DNA of 64,000 bases, taken from assembly GCF_056746865.1 (NCBI RefSeq), contig NZ_CM163382.1. One strand, 5' to 3'. Shown here piece after piece: positions 42,125-52,918 of this stretch. Position 1 is the stretch's first letter. The number at the start of each line of letters is the position of its first letter. The translations under genes were made by a program, and so were the position numbers. The notes under the pieces are model-generated. The model had not been told where the DNA came from, ran no database searches, and was given only the letters and a program-made list of their open reading frames with translations.

Positions 42125-42172
42125 AAACGCCTTATCCGGCATACATAGACCTGATAAGCGAAGCGCATCAGG
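42125..42172. repeat. REP palindromic units (right half of the interrupted REP plus an adjacent REP)
   Basis: aaacgccttatccggc...gacctgataagcgaagcgcatcaggc. Confidence 0.6.
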
Positions 42173-42180
42173 CAACGGTT

Positions 42181-43074
42181 TCAGAATTCAATTGCCCATT
42201 CGGCATGAAACAAAATCACCGCTGTGCCAGAAATGGTGACTTTCTCCGGTTGGTTATTGCGAATTGTCACCGTCACTTCAATCACGCCGTCACGCCCCAA
42301 TGCGCGCCCCTGATGGCCTTTAACATGCAACACGTTGCCATCGTGGGGCAATACGTTGTGATGTACCAACCATGCACCCATCGGGCCATTGGCATTGCCA
42401 GTCACCGGATCTTCCACAATACCAATCGCAGGCGAGAACATGCGACCATCGGTTTCATTTTTGCCTGGGCGGATCTGGAACGGGAAGAAACCATTGCAGC
42501 CAATCTGTTTGCTGATAGCGGTCAGCGCAGCAAGATCAGGCGAAAGGGCGTCGATATCCACTTCTGGTTTCAGTGGGATCATCACTTTTGAGTGTCCTGT
42601 GGTTGCCACCTGAATTGGCAAGCCTGACAAAATATCGTCCTCAGTGAGATGAAGCGCGTTGATAATCGCTGCACGTGTTTCACCTTCCAGCGGTGGCTCA
42701 AAGCCCGGCGTACCTTGTTCCAGCGAAATACGATAATCATCGTTGTGATTTTCGATAGTCACGCGATGTTTTCCTGACAGTGACGTTTGCCAGACCGTGC
42801 AATTTCCTAAACCTAACACCTTCGCACGTACATAGTGCGCAGCTACTGTCGCGTGACCACAAATCGGCACTTCAACTGTTGGCGTAAAGTAGCGGATGCG
42901 CACATCGCTGTCGTCGCTGTGCAGCAGAAAAGCAGTTTCCGAATGACCTAATTCGCGGGCGATAAGCTGCATTTGCGCTTCACTGAGATTATCGGCGGGG
43001 AAAACAACACCGGCAGAATTGCCGCGAAACGGTTGTGAGGTAAAAGCATCGACGTGGTACACCTGCGGTTTCAT
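42181..43074 (-). CDS. yddE: PhzF-family isomerase-like protein
   Basis: 297-aa ORF with ATG start. Confidence 0.9.
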   Translation of the reverse strand: MKPQVYHVDAFTSQPFRGNSAGVVFPADNLSEAQMQLIARELGHSETAFLLHSDDSDVRIRYFTPTVEVPICGHATVAAHYVRAKVLGLGNCTVWQTSLSGKHRVTIENHNDDYRISLEQGTPGFEPPLEGETRAAIINALHLTEDDILSGLPIQVATTGHSKVMIPLKPEVDIDALSPDLAALTAISKQIGCNGFFPFQIRPGKNETDGRMFSPAIGIVEDPVTGNANGPMGAWLVHHNVLPHDGNVLHVKGHQGRALGRDGVIEVTVTIRNNQPEKVTISGTAVILFHAEWAIEF

Positions 43075-43152
43075 TAACGTTCTCCTGTGGCTGGAGAACT
43101 ATCATAGCCTGCAAGTGGCCGGAGAGCGAAGGGCTATCCGGCCAGGGTGAAA

Positions 43153-43833
43153 TTATCGCCGCGAGCGCACAATCTGATACCGACGAGTAAAGTACTCAAA
43201 CGGCGCGCTCCACACATGCACCAGTCGGGTGAACGGGAAGAGCAGGAAGATGGTCATTCCCAACACCAGATGCAGGCGGAAAACGAACGCTACGCCGTTA
43301 AGCATTTCTGACGATCCACCACGGAAAGTGACAATGCTTTGCGCCCAACCCACCAGCTTCATCATTTCGCTACCATCAGGATACTGTGCTGAAAACGGTA
43401 TGGTACTTAGCCCCAGCAGACACTGAATCAGCAAAATGCTCATGATGATAATATCCGGCGTAGTGGAAGTGGCACGCACGCGCTGATTAGTCAGCCTGCG
43501 CCACAGCAGTCCTGCGCCGCCAATCAACGTCAATACACCGCAAATACCACCGAGCACCATCGCCATCTGCTGTTTTACCGCCACCGGCAGAAACCACGCG
43601 TACATCCAGTGCGGCGTTAACATGCCGAACAGGTGCCCGAAGAAAATCCCCAAAATGCCGATATGGAACAGATTCGACCATATCACCATCCCGCGTTTAT
43701 CGAGCATCTGACTCGAGGAGGCGCGCCAGGTATACTGCCCGTAGTCGTAGCGCAGCCAGCTGCCGAGGAAAAACACTGTCGCACAAATGTACGGGTAGAT
43801 ATCATAAAAAAAGACGTTCAGATACTGAATCAT
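43153..43833 (-). CDS. narV: Respiratory nitrate reductase 2 gamma subunit (cytochrome b)
   Basis: 226-aa membrane protein; start overlaps narW stop (ATGA). Confidence 0.9.
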   Translation of the reverse strand: MIQYLNVFFYDIYPYICATVFFLGSWLRYDYGQYTWRASSSQMLDKRGMVIWSNLFHIGILGIFFGHLFGMLTPHWMYAWFLPVAVKQQMAMVLGGICGVLTLIGGAGLLWRRLTNQRVRATSTTPDIIIMSILLIQCLLGLSTIPFSAQYPDGSEMMKLVGWAQSIVTFRGGSSEMLNGVAFVFRLHLVLGMTIFLLFPFTRLVHVWSAPFEYFTRRYQIVRSRR

Positions 43834-44525
43834 TTCCCACCTCCCGCACTGATGTCGACATACTGCGGCGCGACATCCTGGCTAAAGCGTCGCTGATATT
43901 GATTAAGCGGCGAGCTGTCACACGCCGTGGCGTTATCTTCAATAAACTTCACCTGTTCCTCTTCCCACACCGCATCCAGTGCCTGGCGGGTGTCATCGCG
44001 CTCCTCACTGTTCACCTGTTTTGTGACACTGTCACTTGAAAGTGTACTTCCTGCCAGTTGCAACAGGGTGTCAAATAACGCGTACCACGGTGCCTCGCGT
44101 TGTTTTAAGCGTCCGCCAAGCAGGGCGAGGATCGGCGCAACGTTGAGCAAGCCTTCTTTCGCCTGATCGTCCGGCAGTACGCTTAAGTACTCCAGATACA
44201 GCGGTAGATAATCGGGCAGTTCTCGACAATCCAACTGCAGGCCGACCTTTTCATACTCCGCCAGCAGGTCCACCATTGCCTGGCCGCGATCGCGGGACTC
44301 GGCATGAACATGTTCGAACAGCAGCAGCGATGTGGTACGTCCACGGTCAAACACTTCGCACCATTCGGCCTGTTTATCCAGCAGCGGCGCGTTAAGCAGG
44401 TTGCGGGTAAAATCCGTAAGCATCGGTGCGTCGCGGCGGATCAACGCCAGCGCGTCCTCCTTACATTCCCATAACAGCTCGTCCGGATACTCCATCAACA
44501 GGCCGATCACTTTGAGGATCTGCAT
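43830..44525 (-). CDS. narW: Nitrate reductase 2 assembly chaperone (NarJ-like)
   Basis: 231-aa ORF between narY and narV. Confidence 0.9.
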   Translation of the reverse strand: MQILKVIGLLMEYPDELLWECKEDALALIRRDAPMLTDFTRNLLNAPLLDKQAEWCEVFDRGRTTSLLLFEHVHAESRDRGQAMVDLLAEYEKVGLQLDCRELPDYLPLYLEYLSVLPDDQAKEGLLNVAPILALLGGRLKQREAPWYALFDTLLQLAGSTLSSDSVTKQVNSEERDDTRQALDAVWEEEQVKFIEDNATACDSSPLNQYQRRFSQDVAPQYVDISAGGGK

Positions 44526-46069
44526 TATTCGCCCTCCGCTTTGTCGCGTACTTCGGTGATGTTGATGGCATCGATACGGCTACTGTTGAACAGGTTGAAT
44601 TTGCTGTCCGAGCCGTGGCAACCGTCGCCAAAGGTAAAACCGCAGCCATTGCGTTCTGCGAAGGCATCGCCCGCCATTTCCCGATGACTGGTTGGAATGA
44701 CAAAACGGTCTTCATAGTTGGCAATGGCGAGGTAGCGATACATCTCTTCGACCTGGGCGACGCTCAGGCCTACTTCGTCAATGGCGCGGGTATCGGTAAC
44801 GCCTTCCACGGTTTGTGAACGCATATAGTGGCGCATCGCCATCATCCGTTTTAGCGCCCGCAGTACCGGACCGGTATCGCCGGCACTTAACATATTGGCG
44901 AGATATTGCACAGGAATACGCAGGCTCTCGATGGCTGGCAGCACGCCTTCGCTTTTCGGCAAACCGCCCGCATCTGCGTAGGACTGAATCGGTGACAGCG
45001 GAGGAACGTACCAGACCATCGGCAGGGTGCGGTATTCAGGGTGCAGCGGTAGCGCCAGTTTCCAGTCCATCGCCATTTTGTAGACTGGCGAACGCTGGGC
45101 AGCTTCAATCACGTTTTGTGGAATACCTTGTTTCAGGGCTTCCTCGATCACTGAGGGATCGTGTGGATCGAGGAATACTTCGCACTGGCGTTCATAGAGG
45201 TCAACTTCACGCTCGGTGCTCGCCGCTTCCTCGATGCGGTCAGCGTCGTAAAGCAGCACGCCCAGATACCGGATGCGACCCACGCAGGTTTCTGAGCACA
45301 CGGTGGGTTGGCCTGACTCAATTCGTGGGTAACAGAAGATACATTTTTCTGACTTGCCGCTTTTCCAGTTGAAGTAGATTTTTTTGTACGGACAACCGCT
45401 AATGCACAAACGCCAGCCACGGCATTTATCCTGATCGATCAGCACAATGCCGTCTTCTTCGCGTTTGTAGATAGCGCCGCTTGGGCAGGTCGCCACGCAA
45501 CTGGGATTGAGGCAGTGTTCGCACAAGCGCGGCAGGTACATCATGAAGGTGTTTTCAAACTGCCCGTACATCTCCTTTTGCATGGCCTCGAAGTTGCGGT
45601 CACGGGCGCGTTTTTCGAATTCGCCGCCCAACAATTCTTCCCAGTTTGGCCCCCAGATCACTTTGTCCATCCGTTTGCCGTCAATCAGTGAACGCGGACG
45701 AGCAGTAGGGATATGTTTGCCTTCCGGTGCGCTATGCAAATGTTCGTAGTCGAAAGTGAAAGGTTCGTAGTAATCATCAATCTGCGGCACCACCGGGTTA
45801 GCGAAGATTTTGGTTATTACGCCCATCTTGCTGCCCAGACGCGGGCGGATCTTGCCATTCACATCACGCACCCAGCCGCCTTGCCACTCTTCCTGATCTT
45901 CCCAGTTTTTCGGATAACCAATGCCCGGTTTGGTTTCGACGTTGTTAAACCATGCGTACTCCATGCCTTCGCGTCCGGTCCAGACGTTTTTACAGGTCAC
46001 CGAACAGGTATGGCAGCCGATACATTTATCGAGGTTAAGCACCATGCCGACTTGCGAACGTATTTTCAT
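44525..46069 (-). CDS. narY: Respiratory nitrate reductase 2 beta subunit (Fe-S)
   Basis: 514 aa with ferredoxin-type Cys clusters (CIGCHTCSVTC, CEHCLNPSCVATCP). Confidence 0.9.
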   Translation of the reverse strand: MKIRSQVGMVLNLDKCIGCHTCSVTCKNVWTGREGMEYAWFNNVETKPGIGYPKNWEDQEEWQGGWVRDVNGKIRPRLGSKMGVITKIFANPVVPQIDDYYEPFTFDYEHLHSAPEGKHIPTARPRSLIDGKRMDKVIWGPNWEELLGGEFEKRARDRNFEAMQKEMYGQFENTFMMYLPRLCEHCLNPSCVATCPSGAIYKREEDGIVLIDQDKCRGWRLCISGCPYKKIYFNWKSGKSEKCIFCYPRIESGQPTVCSETCVGRIRYLGVLLYDADRIEEAASTEREVDLYERQCEVFLDPHDPSVIEEALKQGIPQNVIEAAQRSPVYKMAMDWKLALPLHPEYRTLPMVWYVPPLSPIQSYADAGGLPKSEGVLPAIESLRIPVQYLANMLSAGDTGPVLRALKRMMAMRHYMRSQTVEGVTDTRAIDEVGLSVAQVEEMYRYLAIANYEDRFVIPTSHREMAGDAFAERNGCGFTFGDGCHGSDSKFNLFNSSRIDAINITEVRDKAEGE

Positions 46070-49000
46070 TTTTTCGCCTCCTGTACCTGATCGCGACCTT
46101 CATCATCCAGCCAGTTAACGTTCTTCATCTTGCGGATCATGATGAATTCGTCGCGGTTCGAGCCGACGGTGCCGTAGTAGTTAAAGCCCCAGGCCAGCTG
46201 CGCGTAACCGCCAATCATATGCGTTGGTTTCGGACAAACGCGGGTGACCGAGTTATGAATGCCGCCGCGCATGCCAGTTACTTCCGAACCAGGAATATTC
46301 ATAATGCGTTCCTGGGCGTGATACATCATGGTCATACCCGGCGGTACACGTTGGCTGACCACCGCGCGGGCAGTCAGCGCGCCGTTGGCGTTAAACACTT
46401 CCACCCAGTCGTTATCGACAATGGTCAGTTCACGGGCATCGGTTTCGCTGATCCAGACAATTGGTCCACCGCGAGAGAGCGTCAGCATTAGCAGGTTTTC
46501 ACTGTAGGTTGAGTGAATGCCCCATTTCTGGTGCGGCGTCAGGAAGTTAAGTGCTTTTTCCGGGAAGCCGTTTGGCGGTATCTGGCGCATTTCACTGACG
46601 CTACGGGTGTCGATAGGCGGGCGATAAGCCACCAGGCTTTCACCAAAAGCACGCATCCACGGATGATCCTGATAAAGCTGCTGGCGTCCCGACAGCGTGC
46701 GCCACGGAATTAACTCATGAACGTTGGTGTATCCCGCGTTATAGGAGACGTGATCGCTTTCCAGACCAGACCATGTGGGGCTGGAGATAATTTTACGTGG
46801 CTGCGCCTGAATATCGCGAAAGCGAATCTTCTCGTCCTCTTTGTGCAGCGCCAGATGGGTATGTTCGCGTCCGGTGATCTCGCCCAGCGCCTGCCACGCT
46901 TTGACTGCAACATGACCGTTGGTTTCCGGTGCCAGCGCCAGAATCACTTCTGATGCGTCAATGGCGGTGTCAATCAGCGGACGCCCCTGTGCTGGGCCTT
47001 CACGCTTGGTGTAGTTGAGTTTGCCGAGGAAATCGATTTCATCCTGGGTATTCCACGAAATCCCTTTACCGCCGTTGCCAAGTTTGTCCATCAATGGCCC
47101 GAGCGAGGTAAAGCGTTCATAGGTAGCAGGGTAGTCGCGTTCCACCGCCACAATATTGGGCGCAGTTTTACCTGGAATCAGATCGCATTCGCCTTTGCGC
47201 CAGTCGAGCACTTCACACGGCTGTGAGAGTTCTGCCGGAGAGTCATGCAGCAGTGGTTGTAATACCACGTCGGTTTCTTTGCCAAGATGGCCCACGCACG
47301 CTTGCGAAAAGGCTTTGGCAATACCTTTGTAGATTTCCCAGTCGCTGCGTGATTCCCACGCCGGATCGACCGCCGCAGATAGGGGATGAATAAACGGATG
47401 CATATCCGAGGTGTTCATATCGTCTTTTTCGTACCAGGTGGCGGTGGGCAGAACGATATCGGAGAACAGGCAGGTACTGGACATACGGAAGTCGAGCGTC
47501 ACCAGCAGGTCGAGCTTGCCTTCAATCGCCGCAGTTTGCCACTCGACTTCTTCTGGTTTGATCCCGTCGCTGGCACCGAGTTCCTGACCCTGAATCCCAC
47601 TTTCGGTTCCCAGCAGATACTTCTGCATATACTCGTGGCCTTTGCCGGAGGAGCCAAGCAGGTTAGAACGCCAGACAAACAAATTACGCGGATGATTGCT
47701 GCCGCTATCTGGTTGTTCGCAGGCCATGCGTAAATCGCCCGAATTCAGCGCCTGGGCGGTAAATTCTGTGGGGGATAATCCGGCCTTGTCGGCTTCAGCT
47801 TTAATCCCGAGCGGGTTACGCCCCAGCTGCGGCGCAGAAGGTAGCCAGCCCATACGTTCGGCACGAACGTTGAAATCAATCAGATGACCGCTGTACTTAC
47901 TGGCATCGGCGAGCGGTGAAAGTAACTCCTGAGCAGAGACTTTTTCATAGCGCCATTGGCTGGAATGATTGTAGAAAAACGAGGTGCTGTTCATCTGGCG
48001 CGGTGGTCGGTTCCAATCGAGCGCAAAGGCCAGCGGCAACCAGCCGGTTTGCGGGCGCAGTTTTTCCTGACCGACATAGTGTGCCCAGCCGCCACCGCTT
48101 TGCCCGACACAACCGCAGAAGATCAGCATGTTGATCATTCCCCGGTAGTTCATGTCCATGTGGTACCAGTGGTTAACACCTGCGCCGAGGATAATCATCG
48201 AGCGTCCATGCGTTTTATGGGCAGTATCGGCAAATTCACGAGCGATGGTTTCAATATACTGGCGCGGCACACCGGTAATTTGCTCACCCCAGGCTGGGGT
48301 GTACGGTTTGATTTCAGCGTAATCTTTCGCGCTGTTTTCATCTTCCAGCCCGCGATCGAGGCCGTAATTCGCCAGTACCAAATCATAAACGCTGACCACC
48401 GGACAGGTGCTGCCATCGGCTAATGTCAGGTTTTTAACGGGTAATTGACGCACCAGGACAGGATTGTTTTTTACGCTGCGAAAATGCGGATTTTCAATGC
48501 CGCCAAAGTAGGGGAAGGCCACGCCTGCAACGGCATCATGTTGACCGAGCAGAGTTAACGACAATTCGGTTTCCGTACCGGCGGCAATGGATTCAAGATT
48601 CCATTTGCCTTTTTCTCCCCAGCGAAAACCAATCGAACCGTTCGGCACCACCAGTTCACCTGCGGTATTAACCGCCACGGTTTTCCACTGCGGATTGTTG
48701 CTTTCGCCCAGTCCATTCACCAGGTCAGATGCGCGGACCATGCGCCCGGGAACGTAGCTGCCGTCGTCGCGAGGTTCCAGCATTACCAGCATCGGCATGT
48801 CGCTGTAGCGGCGGCAGTAGTTGATAAAATAATCGCTGGGATTATCGAGATGAAACTCTTTTAAAATGACATGGCCCATTGCCATCGCCAGGGCGCTATC
48901 AGTGCCTTGTTTCGGTGCCAGCCACTGGTCGCACAATTTGGCCACTTCAGAGTAGTCAGGGGTAATGGCGATGGTTTTAGTGCCTTTGTAGCGTACTTCG

Positions 49001-49806
49001 GTAAAGAAGTGGGCGTCCGGCGTACGTGTCTGAGGTACGTTAGACCCCCAGGCGATGATGTAGCTGGAGTTATACCAGTCGGCAGATTCTGGCACGTCGG
49101 TTTGCTCGCCCCAGGTCATCGGCGAGGCAGGCGGCAGGTCGCAATACCAGTCATAGAAACTTAAACAGGTGCCACCTAACAGCGACAGATAACGTGTTCC
49201 GGCGGCGTAAGAAACCATCGACATCGCCGGGATCGGCGAGAAACCGGCAACGCGATCCGGGCCGTAAGTTTTGATGGTCCAGACGTTAGCGGCAGCAATC
49301 AGCTGATTTAGCTCCTGCCAGTTAGAGCGGATAAAGCCGCCGCGTCCACGTACTTGTTTGTAGCTCAGGCACTTTTGCGGATCGTTCATAATCGATGCCC
49401 ACGCCAGTACCGGATCGCTGTGTTGCTTGAGGGCTTCGCGCCACAGTTCAATCAGTCGTTTACGAATGAGCGGGTATTTCAGACGGTTAGCGCTGTAGAG
49501 ATACCAGGAGTAACTTGCGCCACGCGGGCAGCCGCGAGGTTCATGATTGGGCAGGTCAGGGCGAGTGCGCGGGTAGTCGGTCTGTTGGATTTCCCAGGTC
49601 ACCAGACCATTTTTAACGTAGATTTTCCAGCTACAGGAGCCTGTACAGTTAACACCGTGGGTGGAACGCACGATTTTGTCGAACTGCCAACGCTGGCGAT
49701 AGCTGTCCTCCCAGTCGCGGTTGCTATGCATCACCTGTCCGTGACCATCGGCAAAGGTTTCGCCCTTTTGTTTGAAGTAGCGAAAGCGATCCAAAAGTTT
49801 ACTCAT
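46066..49806 (-). CDS. narZ: Respiratory nitrate reductase 2 alpha subunit (molybdopterin)
   Basis: ATG at 49806 gives MSKLLDRFRYFKQKGETFADGHGQ..., 1246 aa; the track ORF is a 5' over-extension. Confidence 0.9.
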   Translation of the reverse strand: MSKLLDRFRYFKQKGETFADGHGQVMHSNRDWEDSYRQRWQFDKIVRSTHGVNCTGSCSWKIYVKNGLVTWEIQQTDYPRTRPDLPNHEPRGCPRGASYSWYLYSANRLKYPLIRKRLIELWREALKQHSDPVLAWASIMNDPQKCLSYKQVRGRGGFIRSNWQELNQLIAAANVWTIKTYGPDRVAGFSPIPAMSMVSYAAGTRYLSLLGGTCLSFYDWYCDLPPASPMTWGEQTDVPESADWYNSSYIIAWGSNVPQTRTPDAHFFTEVRYKGTKTIAITPDYSEVAKLCDQWLAPKQGTDSALAMAMGHVILKEFHLDNPSDYFINYCRRYSDMPMLVMLEPRDDGSYVPGRMVRASDLVNGLGESNNPQWKTVAVNTAGELVVPNGSIGFRWGEKGKWNLESIAAGTETELSLTLLGQHDAVAGVAFPYFGGIENPHFRSVKNNPVLVRQLPVKNLTLADGSTCPVVSVYDLVLANYGLDRGLEDENSAKDYAEIKPYTPAWGEQITGVPRQYIETIAREFADTAHKTHGRSMIILGAGVNHWYHMDMNYRGMINMLIFCGCVGQSGGGWAHYVGQEKLRPQTGWLPLAFALDWNRPPRQMNSTSFFYNHSSQWRYEKVSAQELLSPLADASKYSGHLIDFNVRAERMGWLPSAPQLGRNPLGIKAEADKAGLSPTEFTAQALNSGDLRMACEQPDSGSNHPRNLFVWRSNLLGSSGKGHEYMQKYLLGTESGIQGQELGASDGIKPEEVEWQTAAIEGKLDLLVTLDFRMSSTCLFSDIVLPTATWYEKDDMNTSDMHPFIHPLSAAVDPAWESRSDWEIYKGIAKAFSQACVGHLGKETDVVLQPLLHDSPAELSQPCEVLDWRKGECDLIPGKTAPNIVAVERDYPATYERFTSLGPLMDKLGNGGKGISWNTQDEIDFLGKLNYTKREGPAQGRPLIDTAIDASEVILALAPETNGHVAVKAWQALGEITGREHTHLALHKEDEKIRFRDIQAQPRKIISSPTWSGLESDHVSYNAGYTNVHELIPWRTLSGRQQLYQDHPWMRAFGESLVAYRPPIDTRSVSEMRQIPPNGFPEKALNFLTPHQKWGIHSTYSENLLMLTLSRGGPIVWISETDARELTIVDNDWVEVFNANGALTARAVVSQRVPPGMTMMYHAQERIMNIPGSEVTGMRGGIHNSVTRVCPKPTHMIGGYAQLAWGFNYYGTVGSNRDEFIMIRKMKNVNWLDDEGRDQVQEAKK

Positions 49807-49844
49807 GACATAACTCCTGCTCCAGGAATGAATTGGGATCTGAT

Positions 49845-49892
49845 GCCTTGTCGGATGCGACACGGTTGTAGCCTGATAAGACGTGTCTGGCA
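49845..49892. repeat. REP-like palindromic element between narU and narZ
   Basis: ...gtagcctgataagacg... resembles REP consensus variants. Confidence 0.45.
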
Positions 49893-49900
49893 TCGATCTC

Positions 49901-51289
49901 TTATTTTTGGCTGAACTTCCGCCGACCATAAACCAGCCAGGTCAGCAGCACACAAACGATGTAGAAGATTAAAAACACTTTCATCGCGCCTACCGGAGAG
50001 CCGGTCATATTGAGCGACATGCCAAACGCCTGCGGAATGAAAAAGCCGCCCACTGCGCCAATGGCTGAGATAAAGCCCAGAGCCGCCGCCGTTTCGGTGA
50101 CGGCTTCTCTCTGAGCTTGCTCATCACTACCGCCTTTCATCTTCACCCGATAAATGGTTATCTGGCGAAAGATGACGGCGATCATCTGGAAAGTAGAACC
50201 ACTTCCCAGACCTGCGGTCAGAAACAACCCCATAAATACGGCGTAAAATGCGATGAAATTACCGGAGCCTGTGCCCGGTAAGGTAAGGAACAGCAGGGCG
50301 CTGAAAATCGCCATAAAAATGAAGTTGATCAACGTCACCCGCACGCCGCCGAATTTATCGGAAATAGCACCACCAACCGACCGCGCGATGGCACCAATAA
50401 ATGGGCCAAAGAACGCCAGGCGCAGAATATTCACATCAGGGAACTGAGTTTTCGCCAGCATGGCAAAACCCGCAGAAAAACCGATAAACGAACCGAAGGT
50501 GGCAAGGTAAAGCAGGCTCAGCAGCCAGAGATGCAGGCGTTGTAACACTGGCAGCTGGTCGGCAATTGACGCGCGTGAACTGGCGATATCATTCATCCCT
50601 GACCAGGCGGCGATCGTGGCAATCGCCAGTAATGGCACCCAAATCCATGCGGCATTCGCCAGCGACATCACCGAACCGTCGGCCTGCGGTACGCCATTGA
50701 CGCCGAGAAAGGCAAATACGGGTATAAAAATGACCAGCGGTGCAACCAGCTGCATCACACTTACACCTAAGTTTCCTAATCCGCCATTAATCCCAAGTGC
50801 GCTCCCTTGTTTGGCTTTTGGGAAGAAGAAACTGATATTGCCCATGCTCGAAGCAAAGTTCGCACCTGCAAAACCGCATAGCAAAGCGATAACGATAAAT
50901 ATCCCAAAAGGAGTATTCGGATTCTGCACGGCAATTCCGAGCCAGACGCAAGGAATAATCAGGATTGCAGTACTAAAAACCGTCCATCGGCGTCCACCAA
51001 ATATAGGCACCATAAAGGAGTAGGGAACACGCAATAATGCGCCAGAAACGGAGGGTAATGCGGTTAATAAAAAGAGTTGATCGGTAGTGAAATTAAAACC
51101 GATTTTATTGAGATTAACAGTAACTGCGCTAAATAGCATCCAGACACAGAAGGCAAGAAGTAGACAACTGACTGATATCCAGAGGTTTCTTCGTGCAATA
51201 TGTTTTCCTTTATTTTCCCAGAAGGCCGGATTTTCTGGTTTCCAGTCGCGCAAAAGATAACGACTAGTTTTCTCATTTTGCAGTGCCAT
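49901..51289 (-). CDS. narU: Nitrate/nitrite transporter (MFS, NarK family)
   Basis: ATG at 51289 gives MALQNEKTSRYLLRDWKPENPAFW..., 462 aa. Confidence 0.9.
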   Translation of the reverse strand: MALQNEKTSRYLLRDWKPENPAFWENKGKHIARRNLWISVSCLLLAFCVWMLFSAVTVNLNKIGFNFTTDQLFLLTALPSVSGALLRVPYSFMVPIFGGRRWTVFSTAILIIPCVWLGIAVQNPNTPFGIFIVIALLCGFAGANFASSMGNISFFFPKAKQGSALGINGGLGNLGVSVMQLVAPLVIFIPVFAFLGVNGVPQADGSVMSLANAAWIWVPLLAIATIAAWSGMNDIASSRASIADQLPVLQRLHLWLLSLLYLATFGSFIGFSAGFAMLAKTQFPDVNILRLAFFGPFIGAIARSVGGAISDKFGGVRVTLINFIFMAIFSALLFLTLPGTGSGNFIAFYAVFMGLFLTAGLGSGSTFQMIAVIFRQITIYRVKMKGGSDEQAQREAVTETAAALGFISAIGAVGGFFIPQAFGMSLNMTGSPVGAMKVFLIFYIVCVLLTWLVYGRRKFSQK

Positions 51290-51600
51290 ATTGTTCCTCA
51301 CATGTACACATTGGTAATGAAAAAAAGACAAAACAGGAGGTAAGGCGCAATAGCCAGTTATTAGAATTAAGGATGAATTAGGTGAAGTGCTGATTGAAAG
51401 AATAGATAAGAAAGCGTAACCGCGGGGGCAGAATGGGGATTAAACAGACAGATATGTGTTACTAAATGTAACTAACAAGCTAACCATTAAACGGATGTTA
51501 AGCTATGTATGCATGTCATGATCCAACCCTTCAGATGATGAATCCAAAGGGTTTATATTTTCAACAAGACCAGACACTTATAGAATTAGTGATGATTTAT

Positions 51601-52857
51601 TCACTGAAAAGGCCATGAGCTGGAGGAAAACGATCTGTCCAGAAAGTCTATCGGTTCCTCTCTTATCGCCTCATTGTAATAATCGTTATTACAGTAAGTA
51701 TTGTTTATTTCATCTAATGTCATATTTTTAATTTTTATATTCATCTGATTTACAACTTCTTCTGTTTTATAAGTGTGTATATTATATGGGGTATATGCTT
51801 CTTTAATAGTATAGTGAAACAATTCGTTATCCACATCTACTCCTTCAGAGTGAATTTCAAATGCACCAGGCGAAAGAATTGCCAGGCCAGTATTAAGCTT
51901 AAGTGCTGGGGAAAATAAATTAAATAACATGAGCTGCATAGTAGGGCAATTGTTCTTCCCAGAAACATTTAAAAAATTTAAGTTTTTGCTCTGTTTTATT
52001 ATGGGGAATAAAGTTCCAATATCGGACGTATTCTTAGTGTCAATGCGGGTTATTTTATTATTGTCCAGCCTTAAACTTTTGATAGATGAAAGATAAGTCA
52101 GGAAATGAAGGTTTATTTTTTCCAACTGATTGTTCGCAGCGTTTAATGTCTGAATATTGCAGAAGTTGCTAAAGAATATTTTAATTTCAGAAAGCAAGTT
52201 GTTGTTGATAAGTAACGTATTCAAGTTGGGAAATAAGGTATTATGTAAACTTGTTAGTTTATTATGGGATAGATCCAGAAGTAAGAGTTCATCTTTATTT
52301 CCTGCAACAATATCAGTTAATTGATTGTGGCTGAGATTCAGGTACTGCAGCCTTTCGCAACATTCTAATTGCACAAACTCTAGTTGATTATGTGCCGCAC
52401 TAAAATAAGTAATTGATGAAAGCCTATCTATATCAATATTTCTGAGAGAATTATTATTCATAGATATATGTGTAATGCTTACATTTCTACCTTGAGGAAA
52501 ATTTATTGACTCAAGAGCATTACTATTCAGACTAAGGTTGATGAGTCTATCGTAGGTGGTTGCATCAAAATGTTTGAGTTGGTTCTCATCAAGATTGATA
52601 GAGGTGAAGTTTTGCAGTCCTGGTGGTTGAGTAGTTAAATTAAGCCCTGATAAATCAATATTATTCTGTTTCGACAAAAAAGCACAATTTATCCTTTTAG
52701 CGGCTTCGTTTCGGCATTCCGGACGATGGATTTCACCTGTAAGTATGCGTTCTGCTTTCCATTGATTTAATTCGAGCATCCAGTTAAGTTCATTTTTTTC
52801 TGGATGTTGCTGTATGGATTGTGGATTTATTTTATTAAATATTGAAGGGAATTTCAT
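51601..52857 (-). CDS. Leucine-rich repeat protein (intact; K-12 yddJ position)
   Basis: ATG at 52857 with ggag SD (the longer track ORF starts at GTG 52896); tandem ~20-22 residue LRRs (LxxLxLxxNxL); low GC. Confidence 0.7.
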   Translation of the reverse strand: MKFPSIFNKINPQSIQQHPEKNELNWMLELNQWKAERILTGEIHRPECRNEAAKRINCAFLSKQNNIDLSGLNLTTQPPGLQNFTSINLDENQLKHFDATTYDRLINLSLNSNALESINFPQGRNVSITHISMNNNSLRNIDIDRLSSITYFSAAHNQLEFVQLECCERLQYLNLSHNQLTDIVAGNKDELLLLDLSHNKLTSLHNTLFPNLNTLLINNNLLSEIKIFFSNFCNIQTLNAANNQLEKINLHFLTYLSSIKSLRLDNNKITRIDTKNTSDIGTLFPIIKQSKNLNFLNVSGKNNCPTMQLMLFNLFSPALKLNTGLAILSPGAFEIHSEGVDVDNELFHYTIKEAYTPYNIHTYKTEEVVNQMNIKIKNMTLDEINNTYCNNDYYNEAIREEPIDFLDRSFSSSSWPFQ

Positions 52858-52918
52858 AACTGCTCCGTAGTAATACTTTCTTTTCTGATTTATCACCCTT
52901 GATAAATCAGGATGTGTT

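Noticed and set aside
46219-49914. Numerous plus-strand ORFs (for example 47956-48423, 49354-49914) within narZ
   Set aside because: Antisense to a 1246-aa molybdoenzyme gene; typical long shadow ORFs in GC-rich coding DNA.
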